From positions 6,304 through 70,303 of the forward strand of contig JAGOFZ010000001.1 of NCBI GenBank assembly GCA_017996955.1: a stretch of DNA of 64,000 bases. Reading direction: 5' to 3'. The stretch is from Longilinea sp. Lineage in GTDB: Bacteria > Chloroflexota > Anaerolineae > Anaerolineales > Anaerolineaceae. The notes beneath the pieces were generated by a model. It made no database searches, was not told the origin of the DNA, and saw only the letters and a program-made list of their open reading frames with translations. Below, in pieces: positions 46,426 through 54,542 of the stretch (position 1 is its first letter; each line of letters begins with the position of its first letter). Position numbers and translations under genes: made by a program.

Positions 46426-46887
46426 TCAGAAAGTCAACCGATTCTTTTCATAAACCAGGGCATCTTCGCCGCCGTTGTAATATTTCTGCCAGACTCCCGT
46501 GCGTTGATACCCCTCCCGTTCATAAAGCATAATCGCCGATTGATTATCGCGCCGCACACACAACCGCACGCGCGGCACCGCCATGGCGTTTTCGCAGGCG
46601 GCTAGCAGTGCCGCCCCAATCCCGCGCCCACGAAACTCGGGCTGCACGCCGATGGTCGTAATCCAGCCAAACCCTTCGCCGGGGTGCGGGTCGCCGCCTA
46701 CAAACCCCACCATGTGCCCATCCACCACCGCTTTCAAGCGGATCATTCCCGGAAAGGTCAGGGCTGCCACTAAATCCAGCAGGGGCCAGGCGTCCTCGCT
46801 AAAGCAGGTGCGCTCAAGCGCAGCCAGCGCCGCCAGGTCGCCCAGCCCCGCCGATTGAATCTCAAAAGGTGTAAGCGCAGAACTCAC
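46426..46887 (-). CDS. GNAT N-acetyltransferase (RimI-like)
   Basis: VQPEFRGRGIGAALL acetyl-CoA motif. A GTG start at 46887 is chosen, 7 nt after the stomatin stop. The longer ORF overlaps the upstream gene. Confidence 0.75.
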   Translation of the reverse strand: MSSALTPFEIQSAGLGDLAALAALERTCFSEDAWPLLDLVAALTFPGMIRLKAVVDGHMVGFVGGDPHPGEGFGWITTIGVQPEFRGRGIGAALLAACENAMAVPRVRLCVRRDNQSAIMLYEREGYQRTGVWQKYYNGGEDALVYEKNRLTF

Positions 46888-46894
46888 GCTGCGT

Positions 46895-47800
46895 TTACTT
46901 GTTGCCTCGTTGCTGCATGAAATCGCCCAGCAGGCTGGTGAATTCCATCGGGAAGATGTACTTCGTAGATGGGCTTGCCGCCATGCTGCGCAGCGTTTCA
47001 AAGTATTGCAGAGTTAACGTCTTGGAATCAATGCTCTGCGCTACCGCAAAGATGCGATCCAGCGCCAGTGCATAACCCTGCGCCCGCAGCGCCTGAGCTT
47101 CGCGCTCGCCTTCAGCTTTGAGGATGGCCGCTTGCTTCTCGCCTTCAGCTTTGAGGATGGCGCTTTGCTTCTCGCCTTCCGCCACGTTGATGGCGGCTTC
47201 GCGCGTACCGGTTGATTCCGTCACAACTGCGCGGCGGTTACGCTCTGCCGAAAGCTGCCGGTTCATGGCATCCTGAACATCGCGGGGCGGCAAGATCTCG
47301 CGGATTTCCACGTTGGTCACTTTCACGCCCCATTTTTCGGTCACTTCGTCCAGACGAGTGCGCAGCGCCGAGTTGATTTGCTCGCGCTCAGACAGCACAC
47401 CATCCAGGGGGATGCCGCCGATGACTGCGCGCAGCGTGGTCGTCGCAATACCCTGCGCCGCCTGTTCAAAGTTACCAACCTGCAGCACGCTCATCACGGG
47501 GTCAAATACCCGGTAGTACCACAGAAAGTCAATCGAAATCGGGGCATTATCTTTGGTAATTGAGGTCTGTGCCGGGATTTCGCGTACCTGCTCGCGCAAG
47601 TCCACCGATACAGATTTATCAATCACCGGGATGAGCAGCACCAGCCCCGGGCCCTTGGCGCCCACACAGCGCCCCAGGCGAAAGACCACCAGCCGTTTGT
47701 ATTCTGCAACAATTTTGATTGCTGAGAATAGAAACGCCACAACAATCAGTCCAATTGCGGCAACTGCACAGATCACAAATGCCGTCGTGCCATCATTCAT
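46895..47800 (-). CDS. SPFH/band-7 (stomatin-like) protein
   Basis: N-terminal TM, then IKIVAEYKRLVVFRLGR...GPGLVLLIP and a C-terminal Ala/Glu-rich repeats. GGAGG SD. Confidence 0.9.
   Translation of the reverse strand: MNDGTTAFVICAVAAIGLIVVAFLFSAIKIVAEYKRLVVFRLGRCVGAKGPGLVLLIPVIDKSVSVDLREQVREIPAQTSITKDNAPISIDFLWYYRVFDPVMSVLQVGNFEQAAQGIATTTLRAVIGGIPLDGVLSEREQINSALRTRLDEVTEKWGVKVTNVEIREILPPRDVQDAMNRQLSAERNRRAVVTESTGTREAAINVAEGEKQSAILKAEGEKQAAILKAEGEREAQALRAQGYALALDRIFAVAQSIDSKTLTLQYFETLRSMAASPSTKYIFPMEFTSLLGDFMQQRGNK
47105..47179. repeat. 33-bp tandem duplication (2.3 copies) inside the stomatin gene
   Basis: ctcgccttcagctttgaggatggccgcttgctt, then ctcgccttcagctttgaggatggcgctttgctt, then ctcgccttc. 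It encodes AEGEKQxAILK repeats. Confidence 0.85.
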
Positions 47801-47840
47801 TTGAAACCTCCATCTATACTGAAAAAAGGTTGAGATATGT

Positions 47841-48455
47841 TTATCCGGCTGCCAGTTCCTCTGGCGAAACCGGTTCAACATCGAGAATGAGCCCGTCGCG
47901 CGAGACAACCCGCACCAGGCTGCCAATCGGAATCCGTGTCCGGCTGCGGGCACTCCACTCTTCGCCGCCTACATAGACGGTTCCTTCCAGGTAAATATCG
48001 GTGCGTGCCTCGCCCCGTTTCCCAATAATGGCTTCACGGTTTCCTACTGGCTTGAGCCCAATCGCTTCCAGGCTCTTACGCCCAATCAGCCATAAGAAGG
48101 CGGCCGCCACCAGCGAGACAATGCCCGCCAGCAGGGGGTTGACCGCCAGCCCGCCTTCCGGATTGCGAAAAACGAAAATCGAGCCAACAACCAGCGCGGC
48201 AATCCCAATCAGCAGAAAAACCCAGTGCCGGGTTTTTCGCATGGCCAGCACAAAGGGGATTACGCCCAGAATGAGTATCACCAGCGCCCAGACGTTAATC
48301 GGCAGACTTGCCAGGCTGTAGGCCGCCAGGGCCAGCGCAAACAGCGCACCCAGCTCCACCAACCCGGTGCCCGGCGCAAACAGGGCCAATACGGCCAGCA
48401 CAAATCCGCTGACCAGTAAAACAAAAGCAATATTTGGATCTGTCAAGAAGTTCAT
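47841..48455 (-). CDS. NfeD-family membrane protein (short form: TM bundle + C-terminal OB-fold)
   Basis: Polytopic N-terminus and a C-terminal ...GEARTDIYLEGTVYVGGEEWSARS...VRVVSRDGLILDVEP. It lies directly upstream of the stomatin gene. Confidence 0.8.
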   Translation of the reverse strand: MNFLTDPNIAFVLLVSGFVLAVLALFAPGTGLVELGALFALALAAYSLASLPINVWALVILILGVIPFVLAMRKTRHWVFLLIGIAALVVGSIFVFRNPEGGLAVNPLLAGIVSLVAAAFLWLIGRKSLEAIGLKPVGNREAIIGKRGEARTDIYLEGTVYVGGEEWSARSRTRIPIGSLVRVVSRDGLILDVEPVSPEELAAG

Positions 48456-48544
48456 TTTGCACCTCTCCTGTATCATTATATACGCAAAAGCGCAATTTGG
48501 TGTGTGCCGCGCGTGTAAAATCGCCTGGTTGTGGCACTCTCGGA

Positions 48545-48581
48545 TAAATAAACAGGCCAGGCTTCATCAAGCCTGACCTGT
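48545..48581 (-). terminator. Intrinsic terminator after the ABC ATPase gene
   Basis: An 11-bp stem at 48552-48562 / 48571-48581. The single mismatch is a G.U pair only on the minus strand. The minus strand continues UUUAUUU. Confidence 0.6.
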
Positions 48582-48602
48582 AAGCTTCTTCCCATAACCC
48601 GG

Positions 48603-49508
48603 CTATCCTGCCCGGGCCGCCTCAATCCCATAATTTCGGCGGAAAACCTCTTCCAGCGTGGGCTGCTGGCTGATGATATCAATCACGCGAAATTGGCTCG
48701 CCAGCTTGATCAGCGCATCGGGGTCGCCGCACAGGGTGCAGCGCAGTTTATTCTCTTCCAGGCGAATGTCTTCCACATTGGGCAGGCGGGCAAATACCTC
48801 CGCCGAGACGGGCCCCGCAAAGCGCATTTCCACTTTTCGCAGCGCCCGGGCCCGCAAATTCAGGCCGCGTTCCACCGTCACCAACCGCCCCGCGTGAATC
48901 ACCCCCACGCGGTCGCAAATCCGTTCCATTTCAGCCACCGAACTCGACGCCAGAAAGATGGATCGCCCTTCCATGCGTGCCTGCCGCACCAGCCGGTAGA
49001 ACACATCCAACGCCTCGTTCCCCAGCCAGCGGGCAGGCTCATCCAGCAGGAGTAAATCGGGGCGGTGCATCCAGGCCTGCACAAGGCCCAGCTCAGTCAG
49101 CGCCTCGCCCGACATTGCCGCCAGCGGCTGCTCCAGGTCCAGCTTGAATTGGGCCGCCAGTTCCTGCGCCAGCAGCCAGCTTTCGCCGCCATACACTTTC
49201 GCCAGCCCCGTCAGATAACGCTGAGCGGTTCCCCAACGCCCCGGCCGAAAATTCGCTGGCAGGTATCCCACCCGGTTGCGGATAGCCTTGCTGTGACGGT
49301 AGGCATCCATGCCCAGCAGCAGTGCATTGCCATAGGTCGGCCGGATTTCGGCCATCAAGAGCTTTAGGGTCGTGGTTTTTCCGGCTCCATCCGGCCCCAA
49401 AAAACCGAACACTTCGCCCGGTTCTACCTCTAAAAATAGATCTTCAATACCCCGATGCTGACCATAGAACTTGGTCAGGTTTTCGGCGCGGATTGCCAGG
49501 TAGCGCAT
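48603..49508 (-). CDS. Orphan ABC-transporter-type ATP-binding protein with degenerate catalytic motifs
   Basis: Walker A GPDGAGKTT and Walker B LLLLDEP are present. The signature position reads MSGEALTE, the D-loop position ARWLGNEA and the H-loop position LASSSVAEME (Ser in place of His). TAGGAGG SD. No permease gene is adjacent. Confidence 0.85.
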   Translation of the reverse strand: MRYLAIRAENLTKFYGQHRGIEDLFLEVEPGEVFGFLGPDGAGKTTTLKLLMAEIRPTYGNALLLGMDAYRHSKAIRNRVGYLPANFRPGRWGTAQRYLTGLAKVYGGESWLLAQELAAQFKLDLEQPLAAMSGEALTELGLVQAWMHRPDLLLLDEPARWLGNEALDVFYRLVRQARMEGRSIFLASSSVAEMERICDRVGVIHAGRLVTVERGLNLRARALRKVEMRFAGPVSAEVFARLPNVEDIRLEENKLRCTLCGDPDALIKLASQFRVIDIISQQPTLEEVFRRNYGIEAARAG

Positions 49509-49544
49509 GGCAGCCTCCTAGAAAAGTGGTAAATCCGCGGCCCT

Positions 49545-49582
49545 TAAAAAGAGCCTCGGCTGGTATGAAGCACCAGCCGAGG
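49545..49582 (-). terminator. Strong intrinsic terminator between the sORF and the ABC ATPase gene
   Basis: An 11-bp stem cctcggctggt/accagccgagg (49554-49582). The minus strand continues CUCUUUUU. It lies 36 nt upstream of the ATG at 49508. Confidence 0.7.
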
Positions 49583-49616
49583 GAAACGTCAAATCACGCG
49601 CTACGCGCCATTTCCA

Positions 49617-49787
49617 TTAGACCCGGTTGGGGCTTCCTGTACCGGTTTTGCCGAACCAGCCCAACACCCGGCAGGGGGTGTTCAGCTCGTTCTGCCAAAC
49701 CTTATTTGTAACGAACAGGGGTAACAGGTTCAGTGTGCGCCTAAGGGGCACACTCTCGCCAGAATTACCCGACTCTTCCGAATCCAT
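49617..49787 (-). CDS. Candidate small protein (56 aa), no recognisable family
   Basis: AAGGAG (49795-49800) lies 7 nt before the ATG at 49787. The product is MDSEESGNSGESVPLRRTLNLLPLFVTNKVWQNELNTPCRVLGWFGKTGTGSPNRV. By hand count, 38 of 55 codons end in G/C. It has its own promoter and terminator. It could instead be a structured leader RNA. Confidence 0.4.
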   Translation of the reverse strand: MDSEESGNSGESVPLRRTLNLLPLFVTNKVWQNELNTPCRVLGWFGKTGTGSPNRV

Positions 49788-49841
49788 ACAGAAACTCCTT
49801 GTAGCGGAACAAAACATAGCTTGCCCAGGCGGGCTGCCCTC

Positions 49842-49870
49842 ATTTTAGCCGCTTCACAGGCCAATGTCAA
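49842..49870 (-). promoter_or_regulatory. Near-consensus sigma70 promoter TTGACA-17-TAAAAT driving the sORF/leader
   Basis: The minus strand reads ttgaca ttggcctgtgaagcggc taaaat. The -35 is at 49865-49870 and the -10 at 49842-49847. Confidence 0.6.
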
Positions 49871-49924
49871 GCTGTCATCTGTCCTGACATTCTTTACAAA
49901 GATGTCGGCTGCCTTCATCTTTCG

Positions 49925-49933
49925 TGATAAAAT
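49925..49933 (+). promoter_or_regulatory. Candidate extended -10 box (TGATAAAAT) for metG
   Basis: Read directly. It lies about 38 nt upstream of the ATG at 49972, and a GGAGG sits at 49961-49965. Confidence 0.4.
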
Positions 49934-49971
49934 CGGGCTAATCCTGTTTTTCCCTCGTCTGGAGGTGTGTG

Positions 49972-51765
49972 ATGACTGAGACCATTCTGATTGCTGTTGC
50001 CTGGCCGTATGCCAATGCCGAAATCCATGTCGGTAATCTCACCGGCTCTTACCTGCCGGCGGATATTGCCGCTCGCTACCACCGGCTGCGCGGTCGCAAG
50101 GTGTTAATGGTCTCGGGCTCCGATGCCCACGGCACACCCATTACCGTGCGCGCGGATGCCGAAGGCACCACCCCGGTGGAAGTGTATCAGCGCTTTCATG
50201 CCGGCTTTCTGGACCTCTTCCAGCAGCTTGGCCTGACGTATGATCTCTTCACCAGCACCCATACCACCAACCACACAGAAATTGCCCAGAAGATTTTCTG
50301 CGCCCTGCTGGATAATGGTTACCTGCATACCCAGCGCGAGTTCCAGTGGTACTCCACCGCGCAAAATCGCTTCCTGCCCGACCGCTATGTAGAAGGCGAC
50401 TGCTACATCTGCGGCTATTCGGGCGCCCGCTCTGACCAGTGCGATAAATGCGGCAGCCTGCTGGACCCTGCCCAGCTGCTCAACCCGCGCTCCCGCATTG
50501 ACGGCTCAACCCCCGAGCTGCGCGAGACCGAGCATTACTACCTCGACCTCGGCAAACTCCAGAGCCAGATTGTCGATTTCCTGCGCCTGCGCGAATCTTA
50601 CTGGCGCCCCAACGTGCTGCGCCAGTCGCTTGGTCAGATCCTTGCCGATGGCCTGCGCCCGCGCCCCATCACCCGTGACCTAGACTGGGGCATTCCTGTG
50701 CCCCTGCCCGATTGGGGTGAGGGCAAATGTCTCTATGTCTGGTTTGAGGCCGTGATTGGCTACCTTTCTGCCTCAATTGAATGGTCGCAGCTCACCGGTC
50801 AACCCGAAGCCTGGAAGGACTGGTGGCATAACCCCGCCACCCGCTCTTACTACTTCATCGGCAAAGACAATATACCCTTCCACGCCATCATCTGGCCCGG
50901 TGAACTGATCGGTGTGGGCGGCCGGTTTGATGAATTGATGGGCGGCAAGGCCTCTTCCCCATTGGTGCTGCCGTATGACGTGCCCGCCAACGAATTTATG
51001 AACCTCGAAGGCCAAAAAATCTCAGGCAGCCGCAACTGGGCCGTCTGGGCGCGTGATTTCCTCACCCGCTACGATCCAGACCCCCTGCGCTACTACCTCA
51101 CCGTTGCCATGCCCGAATCCAAAGACACCGACTGGAGCTGGGAAGATTTCTACAAACGCAACAACGATGAACTGGTCGCCACCTGGGGCAACCTGGTCAA
51201 TCGGGTGCTTGCCTTTGCCTACAAACATTGGGAAGGCACCGTGCCCGACCCCGGCGAGCTGACGCCCCTGGATCGTGAGTTGATCGCCTCCGTTGAAGAT
51301 GGCTTCCAGACGGTTGCCATTGAGATGGAAGCAGTGCATCTGCGCGCGGCCCTGTCCGAAGCCATGCGCCTGGCAGGTGAGGTCAACAAATACCTCGATC
51401 AAACCGCCCCCTGGCAGGCCATCAAAACCGATCGCCAAGCGGCAGCGCGGGCCGTCTACACTGCCATGCGGGCGATTGACTCGATCAAGATCCTGCTGGC
51501 TCCATTCCTGCCCTTTACCTGCGAGCGGCTGCATGCCTTTATGGGGTATACCGAACCGCTGTTTGGCACACAGTCCCTCACCACGATTCCCGATGACCTG
51601 GGTGAGCATACGATTCTGCGCTATCATCCCGCCCCGGCAGCGCTGCGCTGGGAACCCAGTCAGCTGCAGCCAGGTCACATCTTCAACCAACCCCAGCCGC
51701 TCTTCCGGAAACTGGAAGCAAAAATCATTGAAGAAGAGCGAGCCAGACTGGGGCAGCCCAAATAG
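49972..51765 (+). CDS. metG: Methionine--tRNA ligase
   Basis: HIGH-type motif ANAEIHVGNL, a CxxC...CxxC zinc knuckle (CYICG...CDKCG) and a KMSKS-type KISGSR motif. Confidence 0.95.
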   Translation: MTETILIAVAWPYANAEIHVGNLTGSYLPADIAARYHRLRGRKVLMVSGSDAHGTPITVRADAEGTTPVEVYQRFHAGFLDLFQQLGLTYDLFTSTHTTNHTEIAQKIFCALLDNGYLHTQREFQWYSTAQNRFLPDRYVEGDCYICGYSGARSDQCDKCGSLLDPAQLLNPRSRIDGSTPELRETEHYYLDLGKLQSQIVDFLRLRESYWRPNVLRQSLGQILADGLRPRPITRDLDWGIPVPLPDWGEGKCLYVWFEAVIGYLSASIEWSQLTGQPEAWKDWWHNPATRSYYFIGKDNIPFHAIIWPGELIGVGGRFDELMGGKASSPLVLPYDVPANEFMNLEGQKISGSRNWAVWARDFLTRYDPDPLRYYLTVAMPESKDTDWSWEDFYKRNNDELVATWGNLVNRVLAFAYKHWEGTVPDPGELTPLDRELIASVEDGFQTVAIEMEAVHLRAALSEAMRLAGEVNKYLDQTAPWQAIKTDRQAAARAVYTAMRAIDSIKILLAPFLPFTCERLHAFMGYTEPLFGTQSLTTIPDDLGEHTILRYHPAPAALRWEPSQLQPGHIFNQPQPLFRKLEAKIIEEERARLGQPK

Positions 51766-51770
51766 GATCC

Positions 51771-52484
51771 ATGCCCATGTTGCGCTTACGCGGCAAAGTA
51801 CTTCTTGGGGTGATCATGCTGGTGCTGGCGGCAGTCGGCTGTCAGGCACCAGGACAGATTGTGTCACCGGATGCCACCCCAACCCCCACTGTTTTCAGCG
51901 TTCAAGCTGAAACCGAAGATCCGACGGCGGCCGCCTCCCCTGAGCCTGACGAGCCGGCCACCGACTATTCCTCCGTGACCCTCACCCCCCAGGATCTCCC
52001 GGCGGGTTTTCAGGAATTGTCCGAGGCGGATCTGGAAGCCATGGGAATTTCACCCAAGGCTTTTGTCCAGGCTTTTTCGGAAAATCTGACCAAAGCCAGC
52101 GTGCAGACCTTCTCGGCCTACTGGAAAACAAACAATCTTGAGATTGTGGCTGACTTTGTCATGGCACCGATCACCCTGGTGGAACAGGTGGCATTCGACC
52201 TGCTGCTGAAAAACCCCGAGAAGGTGGCCGAATTATTTGCAAAAAATGTCGGCGTGACGGTCCAGGTCGTGCCGGTGGAAACGGTTGGCAACGCCTCGGT
52301 GCAGCTTTCTTATCTGCAGGCCACTTCCACAGGCATCAACTTGGTCTGGGACATCATGATTTTTCGGCGGGGTGAAGCGGCTGTGGTTGCCCTGGCCATC
52401 CATCTGGAACAGGCTCCCCCGATAACACTTTACGATATCGCCGTCCTGCTGGATGCAAAAATCCAGGCGGTTCAAGGAAAATAG
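51771..52484 (+). CDS. Lipoprotein, unknown function
   Basis: Lipobox LAAVGC followed by a PT/acidic linker. 237 aa. Confidence 0.55.
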   Translation: MPMLRLRGKVLLGVIMLVLAAVGCQAPGQIVSPDATPTPTVFSVQAETEDPTAAASPEPDEPATDYSSVTLTPQDLPAGFQELSEADLEAMGISPKAFVQAFSENLTKASVQTFSAYWKTNNLEIVADFVMAPITLVEQVAFDLLLKNPEKVAELFAKNVGVTVQVVPVETVGNASVQLSYLQATSTGINLVWDIMIFRRGEAAVVALAIHLEQAPPITLYDIAVLLDAKIQAVQGK

Positions 52485-52522
52485 CCCCTGCCCGCCCGCT
52501 CGCCCGACAGGCTCTGCTAAAT

Positions 52523-52565
52523 AAAAAACAGGTTTGGCAACCACCGTGCTGCCAGACCTGTTTTT
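52523..52565. terminator. Bidirectional intrinsic terminator between convergent genes
   Basis: An A-run, then stem caggtttggca/tgccagacctg (one G.U), then ttttt. Confidence 0.6.
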
Positions 52566-52577
52566 GTGGGGCCACCA

Positions 52578-53213
52578 TCAGCGTTCCCCGCGCATTTCGG
52601 CATCCAACTGTTCAAAGAATTCCCGCAGGGCCTCATCCCGCTGCGCAGCAATGGCCCGGGCGGAGGGGGTATGCAGGCGATTTTTGACGTTGCGAAGCTT
52701 GAAAAGGTATTCGTGGTAGGCGCTGTGCAGTTCACCCGATTCCTCCACGCCCTGTGCCAGAAACCGGGGCGACGGGGTGGTATGAATGGGGGTTCCGGCC
52801 AGCACGGCGTAGGCAATGGTCCGCGCCGCGCCGATGGCCCCCAGCACGTCCAGCTTGTCAGCATCAAACAGCACCTGTGCCTCCAGCGTTTGCGGGCGCT
52901 CGCCGTCGGAGCGGTAGCGGTGTGCCCGGATGCAGTGCTGCACCGCCGCAATCCGTTCTTTTGACCAGCCCTCGGCCGCTAAAACCTGGGCGGCAAAATC
53001 GGCCGATTGATGATGGTGATTGGGGCGGTCATCGCTGCCGGGCAGGCTGCCTTCCACGTCGTGCAGCAGCGCCGCAGCGCGCACAATCTCCAGGTCGGCG
53101 CCTTCGGCCTCTGCCAGCCGCTCCGCCATGGCATACACCCGCAGCACATGGTCAAACCCATGCACCGCGTCCATATCCGGGTACCAGCCCCGCGCCTGCT
53201 CAATGGTTGGCAT
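52578..53213 (-). CDS. HD-domain phosphohydrolase
   Basis: HGFDHVLRV...ALLHDV (H...HD) motif. The ATG at 53213 overlaps the hutI stop region by 14 nt. Confidence 0.8.
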   Translation of the reverse strand: MPTIEQARGWYPDMDAVHGFDHVLRVYAMAERLAEAEGADLEIVRAAALLHDVEGSLPGSDDRPNHHHQSADFAAQVLAAEGWSKERIAAVQHCIRAHRYRSDGERPQTLEAQVLFDADKLDVLGAIGAARTIAYAVLAGTPIHTTPSPRFLAQGVEESGELHSAYHEYLFKLRNVKNRLHTPSARAIAAQRDEALREFFEQLDAEMRGER

Positions 53214-54471
53214 GGTCCACCACCACTTTCCCGCGCTTGATGACCGTCTGCACCAGGTTGGCGCCAAAGCGGTAGCCCAGATGCCGGTAATCCGGCTCCT
53301 GCAGCAAAATCAGGTCGGCCTGCTTGCCCACCTCAATGGAGCCAATCCGGTCTGCCCGCCCAATAGCCGCAGCCGAGTTGATGGTGGCCGCGGCAATGGC
53401 CTGCGCGGGCGTCAGCCGCAGGTAGCGGCAGCCCAGCGCAATGGCAAACTGCATGTTTTCGCACCAGGCCGTCCCGGGGTTGATGTCGGTTGCCAGTGCC
53501 AGCAGGCCGTTGGCTTCCAGAATTGCCCTGGCCGGGGTGTAATGCGGGTCTGCCAGGCCAAACGGCGTGCAGGGCAGCGAGACCGCCACCGTATTGCTCT
53601 GCGCCAGTGCGGTGATGTCTTCTGGCGAAGTCTTCACCAGATGATCTGCCGAAGCTGCGCCCAGCTCAGCCGCCAGGCTGGCCCCGCCCAGGTTGTCAAA
53701 CTCATCGGCGTGAATTTTGAGCGGAAAGCCGAGGCTTTTCGCGGTCTCTAAAATCTCGCGAGACTGCGCCAGGGTAAAGGCGCCCGTCTCGCAGAACACA
53801 TCCACAAAAGGCAGCGGGCGGTTGGCCGCGTGCCGGGTCCACCAGTCGCGCACAGCGGGCAGCATCTGCTTGCACAGCAGCCGGGTGTAGCCATCCGGGT
53901 CGTCCCGATATTCCGGCGCAATGGCATGGGCGCCCAGGTAGGTCGGCGCCAGCTCCAGCGGACCTTCTGCATCCAATTCCAGCAGCGCCTGTAACTGCGC
54001 CAGCTCGCTGTCGTGATCCAGCCCGTAGCCGGTTTTGGCCTCGGCGGTGGTGGTGCCGTGTGTCAGTAAGGCGTGGGCGCGCCGGCGTGTCTGCGCTTTG
54101 AGTTCATCCAGGCTGGCCGTGCGCGTGGCCCGCACCGTCGAGAGAATGCCCCCGCCCGCGGCCAGAATTTCCAGGTAGGTTTTGCCCTGCAGCCGCAGTT
54201 CAAATTCGGCCGCCCGGTCGCCCGCCCAGATCAAATGGGTGTGCGGGTCCACAAAACCCGGCAGCATGGCCCGCCCGCCGGCGTTCAACTGGGGCGTCTT
54301 GGGGTAGGCTGCCAGCAGTTCGGCGCTGCGGCCCACCGCCGCAATCGTCTCGCCTTCAATCAGCACGGCGCCATCTTCGATGAGGCTCAACCGGCCCAGT
54401 TCGCGGCCGCGCTGCGGCCCGCCGGCCAGCGTCAGCACCTGAGATGCAGAATGGATCAGGAGTGTGTTCAT
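53200..54471 (-). CDS. hutI: Imidazolonepropionase (amidohydrolase superfamily)
   Basis: [12 protein letters not shown] metal-binding HxH, plus ...KIHADEF... and ...ADHL... motifs. The ATG at 54471 lies 7 nt after a TATAAT (54479-54484). Confidence 0.8.
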   Translation of the reverse strand: MNTLLIHSASQVLTLAGGPQRGRELGRLSLIEDGAVLIEGETIAAVGRSAELLAAYPKTPQLNAGGRAMLPGFVDPHTHLIWAGDRAAEFELRLQGKTYLEILAAGGGILSTVRATRTASLDELKAQTRRRAHALLTHGTTTAEAKTGYGLDHDSELAQLQALLELDAEGPLELAPTYLGAHAIAPEYRDDPDGYTRLLCKQMLPAVRDWWTRHAANRPLPFVDVFCETGAFTLAQSREILETAKSLGFPLKIHADEFDNLGGASLAAELGAASADHLVKTSPEDITALAQSNTVAVSLPCTPFGLADPHYTPARAILEANGLLALATDINPGTAWCENMQFAIALGCRYLRLTPAQAIAAATINSAAAIGRADRIGSIEVGKQADLILLQEPDYRHLGYRFGANLVQTVIKRGKVVVDHANH

Positions 54472-54542
54472 GCCCAAAATTATACCCCAACCTTCTCCCG
54501 CCGCCTTGTGCTATAATTCGGCCTTGCTTAACTGGAGGCTTT

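Noticed and set aside
47105-47179. The 33-bp tandem repeat, considered as a mobile or regulatory repeat
   Set aside because: It lies inside the stomatin ORF, is in frame and encodes the Ala/Glu/Lys-rich coiled repeats typical of SPFH C-termini. It is a coding-level duplication, listed as a feature only.
49545-49835. Assignment of the minus-strand leader to a known riboswitch class (cobalamin, guanidine/ykkC, SAM, TPP)
   Set aside because: No B12 box (GCCACTG-type), no CTGAGA TPP core and no ykkC-type GGGA/ACGR blocks are recognisable by eye. It is left unclassified rather than named. A covariance-model search is needed.
49871-49971. T-box leader upstream of metG
   Set aside because: I scanned 49620-49971 on the plus strand for the GGGTGGTACCGCG T-box sequence, a specifier loop with AUG, and a terminator/antiterminator pair. 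None was found. The only strong terminator in the spacer is oriented on the minus strand.
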